Part shown: positions 3,892-6,041 of the stretch, one piece after another
Numbering within the stretch: position 1 is the first letter of the stretch
Layout: the number at the start of each line of letters is the position of its first letter
Assembly (NCBI GenBank): GCA_028693335.1
Contig: JAQUVR010000042.1
Span: forward strand, 1 to 6,041
Direction: 5' to 3'
DNA length: 6,041 bases
Source of the DNA: Candidatus Iainarchaeum sp.
GTDB taxonomy: Archaea; Iainarchaeota; Iainarchaeia; Iainarchaeales; CSSED10-239
The notes under the pieces: generated by a model
The model's input: only the letters and a program-made list of their open reading frames with translations
Database searches by the model: none
Told to the model about the DNA's origin: nothing
Made by a program: the position numbers and the translations under genes

Positions 3892-5664
3892 ATGGCATTA
3901 GAATATGAAAACATAAAATGGCTAAAAGAAGCAGCATATGCAGACTCAAGAATAATTGGAAGAAAAGCAGCAAGATTAGCGCAATTAACTTCTGCCGGAA
4001 TAACTATTCCAAGAGGTTTTGTTATAACATCAACTGAGTATTTTAATTTTTTACAAGTTAATAATATTAAACAAAAAATATCTCAAATACTAAAAGCAAT
4101 TGATTATAATAATTCAGAAGATATTTTAAAAAAATCAAAAGAAATTCAAGAATTGATCTATAAAGGAAAACTAAATCAACAAATGGAAACTGAACTATAT
4201 AAATATTATTTAAAAATTGGCGAAACAGGAGTTGGTTGGTTAAACTCACAAGCAGATGATTTTGTTGCTGTTAGGTGTTCTGTTGTATGTGATGATGGAG
4301 AAGTATGCGACACAAAATTTATTGAAGAAGAAGGCGGATCTTTAAATGTCAAAGGAAGAGTTAATCTAGTAAAAGCAATTAAAGACTCTTGGGCAACATT
4401 ATTTTCTCCAGACGTAATAGAATATGCAAATAAAAAAAACATTAATATTGAAAGATTAGGAATAAGTGTTTTAATTCAAAAAATGATTGTAGCAAAATAT
4501 TCTGGAATAACAATAACCTCAAAAAGTCAAGAAGATCCAAATACAGTTATAATTGAAGCAGTATATGGTTTTGGTGCAGCACATGTAATAAAAGAAATTA
4601 CTCCTGATCATTATGAAACACAAAAAAAGCCATACACAACATTACACAAAAGCGTTTCAAAACAAGAGTGGGAATTAAAAAGAGTTAAAGGAATAACTAC
4701 AAAGGTTCCTGTAATTGAAAGTGAACAAGAAAAACAAAAAATAAATACACATTTATTAAAAGATCTAACAAACACAGCAATAAAAGTTGAAGAATTCTTT
4801 GGAACTCCACAAATGGTTGAGTGGGCAATGGATAAAGCAGATTTCTATTTAATTTCTTCTGAAGCTATTAATCCAAATGTTGCAGAAAAAACTAAAAAAA
4901 ATCTAAAACAACAAAAAATTCATTCTTTAAAAAATCAATTATTAGTTAAAGGTATTGGTGCTGTTCCCGGTGTTGTTAATGGAGATGTTATTATAGTAAA
5001 TAATTATAATGATTTAGAAAAAGTAACTGAAGAAAGCATAATAGTAACAGCAATGACAGATCAAGAAATGATGGAAGCAATAAAGAGAGCAAAAGGTGTT
5101 GTCACTAGTGGTGGTGGAACAATTTGTCATGCAGCTGTTATTTGTAAAAATCTAAATAAGCCTTGTGTTGTTGGCGCAAGGTTTGCAATAGAACAACTAT
5201 TAGAAAATGAAACAATTATGATAAACGGAACTAGTGGAGAAGTTTATAGTGTATCTAAATTAGATCTCGTTGATGTTAATGATGATGGATATCCAGAACC
5301 AGAAGAACTGGAAGAATTAATAGAAGGAAGAATAAAAAAAGAAAGTGCTCATTGGGAAGTTGTAAAAAGCAAAAAACCAAAACAAAAATCAATAAAAGAA
5401 CCAGATACATTTTTAGCACCTTCTCAAAGACAAAAAGAAACACAAGAAGTTTTAAAAAAAGAATATATTGATTCTAGTGGAAATATTAATATTAAAGATT
5501 TGGCAAAAATAGAAATTACTAAAATTAAACAAATAGTAATTCCAATAGATCAATTATTTTCTGCACTTGAAAGAGAAAAATTAAGAGAAGAATTTCCTGG
5601 TTCTGTTTGTATGCTTACAAAAGAAAAAATTAAAAAGATATTAAAAGATATTAAAGAAATGTAA
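3892..5664 (+). CDS. PEP-synthase/pyruvate-phosphate-dikinase-like phosphotransferase with an ATP-grasp (PPDK_N) domain and a phosphohistidine swivel domain, no PEP/pyruvate TIM-barrel domain, and a novel charged C-terminal tail
   Basis: N-terminal IIGRKAARLAQLTSAGITIPRGFVIT matches the PpsA vGGKnAsLGEm..G..VP.GF region. LIQKMIVAKYSGITIT, IIEAVYGFGAAHVIKEITPDHY and MVEWAMDK match the PPDK_N core (VQxMVxxxxSGVxF; ieAvwGLGEavVsGxvtPD; DIEWA). The swivel domain reads GIGAVPGVVNGDV...IIVTAMTDQEMMEAIKRAKGVVTSGGGTICHAAVICKNLNKPCVVG, with the catalytic-type His at codon 413 (5128-5130). The last ~137 aa (5251-5661) resemble no dikinase domain I know. Confidence 0.8.
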   Translation: MALEYENIKWLKEAAYADSRIIGRKAARLAQLTSAGITIPRGFVITSTEYFNFLQVNNIKQKISQILKAIDYNNSEDILKKSKEIQELIYKGKLNQQMETELYKYYLKIGETGVGWLNSQADDFVAVRCSVVCDDGEVCDTKFIEEEGGSLNVKGRVNLVKAIKDSWATLFSPDVIEYANKKNINIERLGISVLIQKMIVAKYSGITITSKSQEDPNTVIIEAVYGFGAAHVIKEITPDHYETQKKPYTTLHKSVSKQEWELKRVKGITTKVPVIESEQEKQKINTHLLKDLTNTAIKVEEFFGTPQMVEWAMDKADFYLISSEAINPNVAEKTKKNLKQQKIHSLKNQLLVKGIGAVPGVVNGDVIIVNNYNDLEKVTEESIIVTAMTDQEMMEAIKRAKGVVTSGGGTICHAAVICKNLNKPCVVGARFAIEQLLENETIMINGTSGEVYSVSKLDLVDVNDDGYPEPEELEELIEGRIKKESAHWEVVKSKKPKQKSIKEPDTFLAPSQRQKETQEVLKKEYIDSSGNINIKDLAKIEITKIKQIVIPIDQLFSALEREKLREEFPGSVCMLTKEKIKKILKDIKEM

Positions 5665-5670
5665 GAGGAA

Positions 5671-6039
5671 ATGAAAATGGCACCAAAAGGAAAAACAACT
5701 AAACCACAAACCAAAAAAATTGCAGAATCTAAATTAAATAATCTTTCTGAGGTTTTAAAAAATACCAGAACATCAAAAGCACAAAAAATAAAAAAATTAG
5801 AAAGCTATAGTGCAATGTATGAAAAAGCAATCAAAAGAAAAAAAGAAGTTTACAAAAAACTGTTTGAACTTGCAAAAAAAGATCCAAAAAAAGTTGTTGG
5901 ACTAGAGGAATTTGATCTAAATCTTTTTTTAGATAGTAATAAAAATTTCTCAGATTTTTTTAGAAGATTAAGATCAGAAATAAACACGCTTGAAAAACAA
6001 AAAAGAACAATACAAGGCGCAATTGCTGAAATAAAATAA
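5671..6039 (+). CDS. Hypothetical small Lys-rich, probably coiled-coil protein, co-transcribed with the upstream dikinase-like gene
   Basis: Complete 122-aa ORF on the same strand, 6 nt after the upstream stop. It is highly basic and helical-looking (KIKKLESYSAMYEKAIKRKKEVYKKLFELAKK; LRSEINTLEKQKRTIQGAIAEIK). GAGGA at 5665-5669 is only 1 nt from the ATG at 5671 but 7 nt from the in-frame ATG at 5677, so the real start may be 5677 (MAPKGK...). I recognise no family. Confidence 0.55.
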   Translation: MKMAPKGKTTKPQTKKIAESKLNNLSEVLKNTRTSKAQKIKKLESYSAMYEKAIKRKKEVYKKLFELAKKDPKKVVGLEEFDLNLFLDSNKNFSDFFRRLRSEINTLEKQKRTIQGAIAEIK

Positions 6040-6041
6040 AA

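Noticed and set aside
4067-4249. 60-aa minus-strand ORF inside the dikinase-like gene
   Set aside because: It lies entirely antisense to a well-supported CDS. The translation is low-complexity and Leu/Phe/Ile-rich, typical of the reverse frame of a Lys/Glu-rich AT-rich gene. It has no motif and no ribosome-binding site.
4206-4442. 78-aa minus-strand ORF inside the dikinase-like gene
   Set aside because: It is also an antisense shadow ORF. It overlaps conserved PPDK_N motifs on the plus strand, and I recognise no domain in it.

Overview
Very AT-rich window (roughly 25-30% GC by eye), tightly packed, with an archaeal gene set: Taw1 and a RadA carrying an N-terminal HhH domain. Gene sizes and composition fit a small-genome, DPANN-like archaeon, but that lineage call is inference. 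Plus strand: a tRNA 4-demethylwyosine synthase (Taw1, radical SAM) is followed with zero spacer by a 289-aa protein. That protein carries the three H-cluster signature motifs of [FeFe]-hydrogenases and no ferredoxin-like domains. Minus strand: a MazF/PemK-like toxin and an AbrB/SpoVT(MazE)-like antitoxin, then the RadA recombinase. A 274-bp divergent intergenic region holds a GC-rich island with an exact 12-bp direct repeat. Plus strand again: a 590-aa PEP-synthase/PPDK-like protein has the ATP-grasp and phosphohistidine swivel domains but lacks the PEP/pyruvate TIM-barrel domain. It ends in a novel charged tail and is followed 6 nt later by a 122-aa Lys-rich orphan. No rRNA, tRNA, CRISPR array or transposase was recognised. 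The most interesting items are the minimal hydrogenase-like gene coupled to taw1, the acceptor-domain-less dikinase-like gene pair, and the intergenic GC-rich direct repeat.
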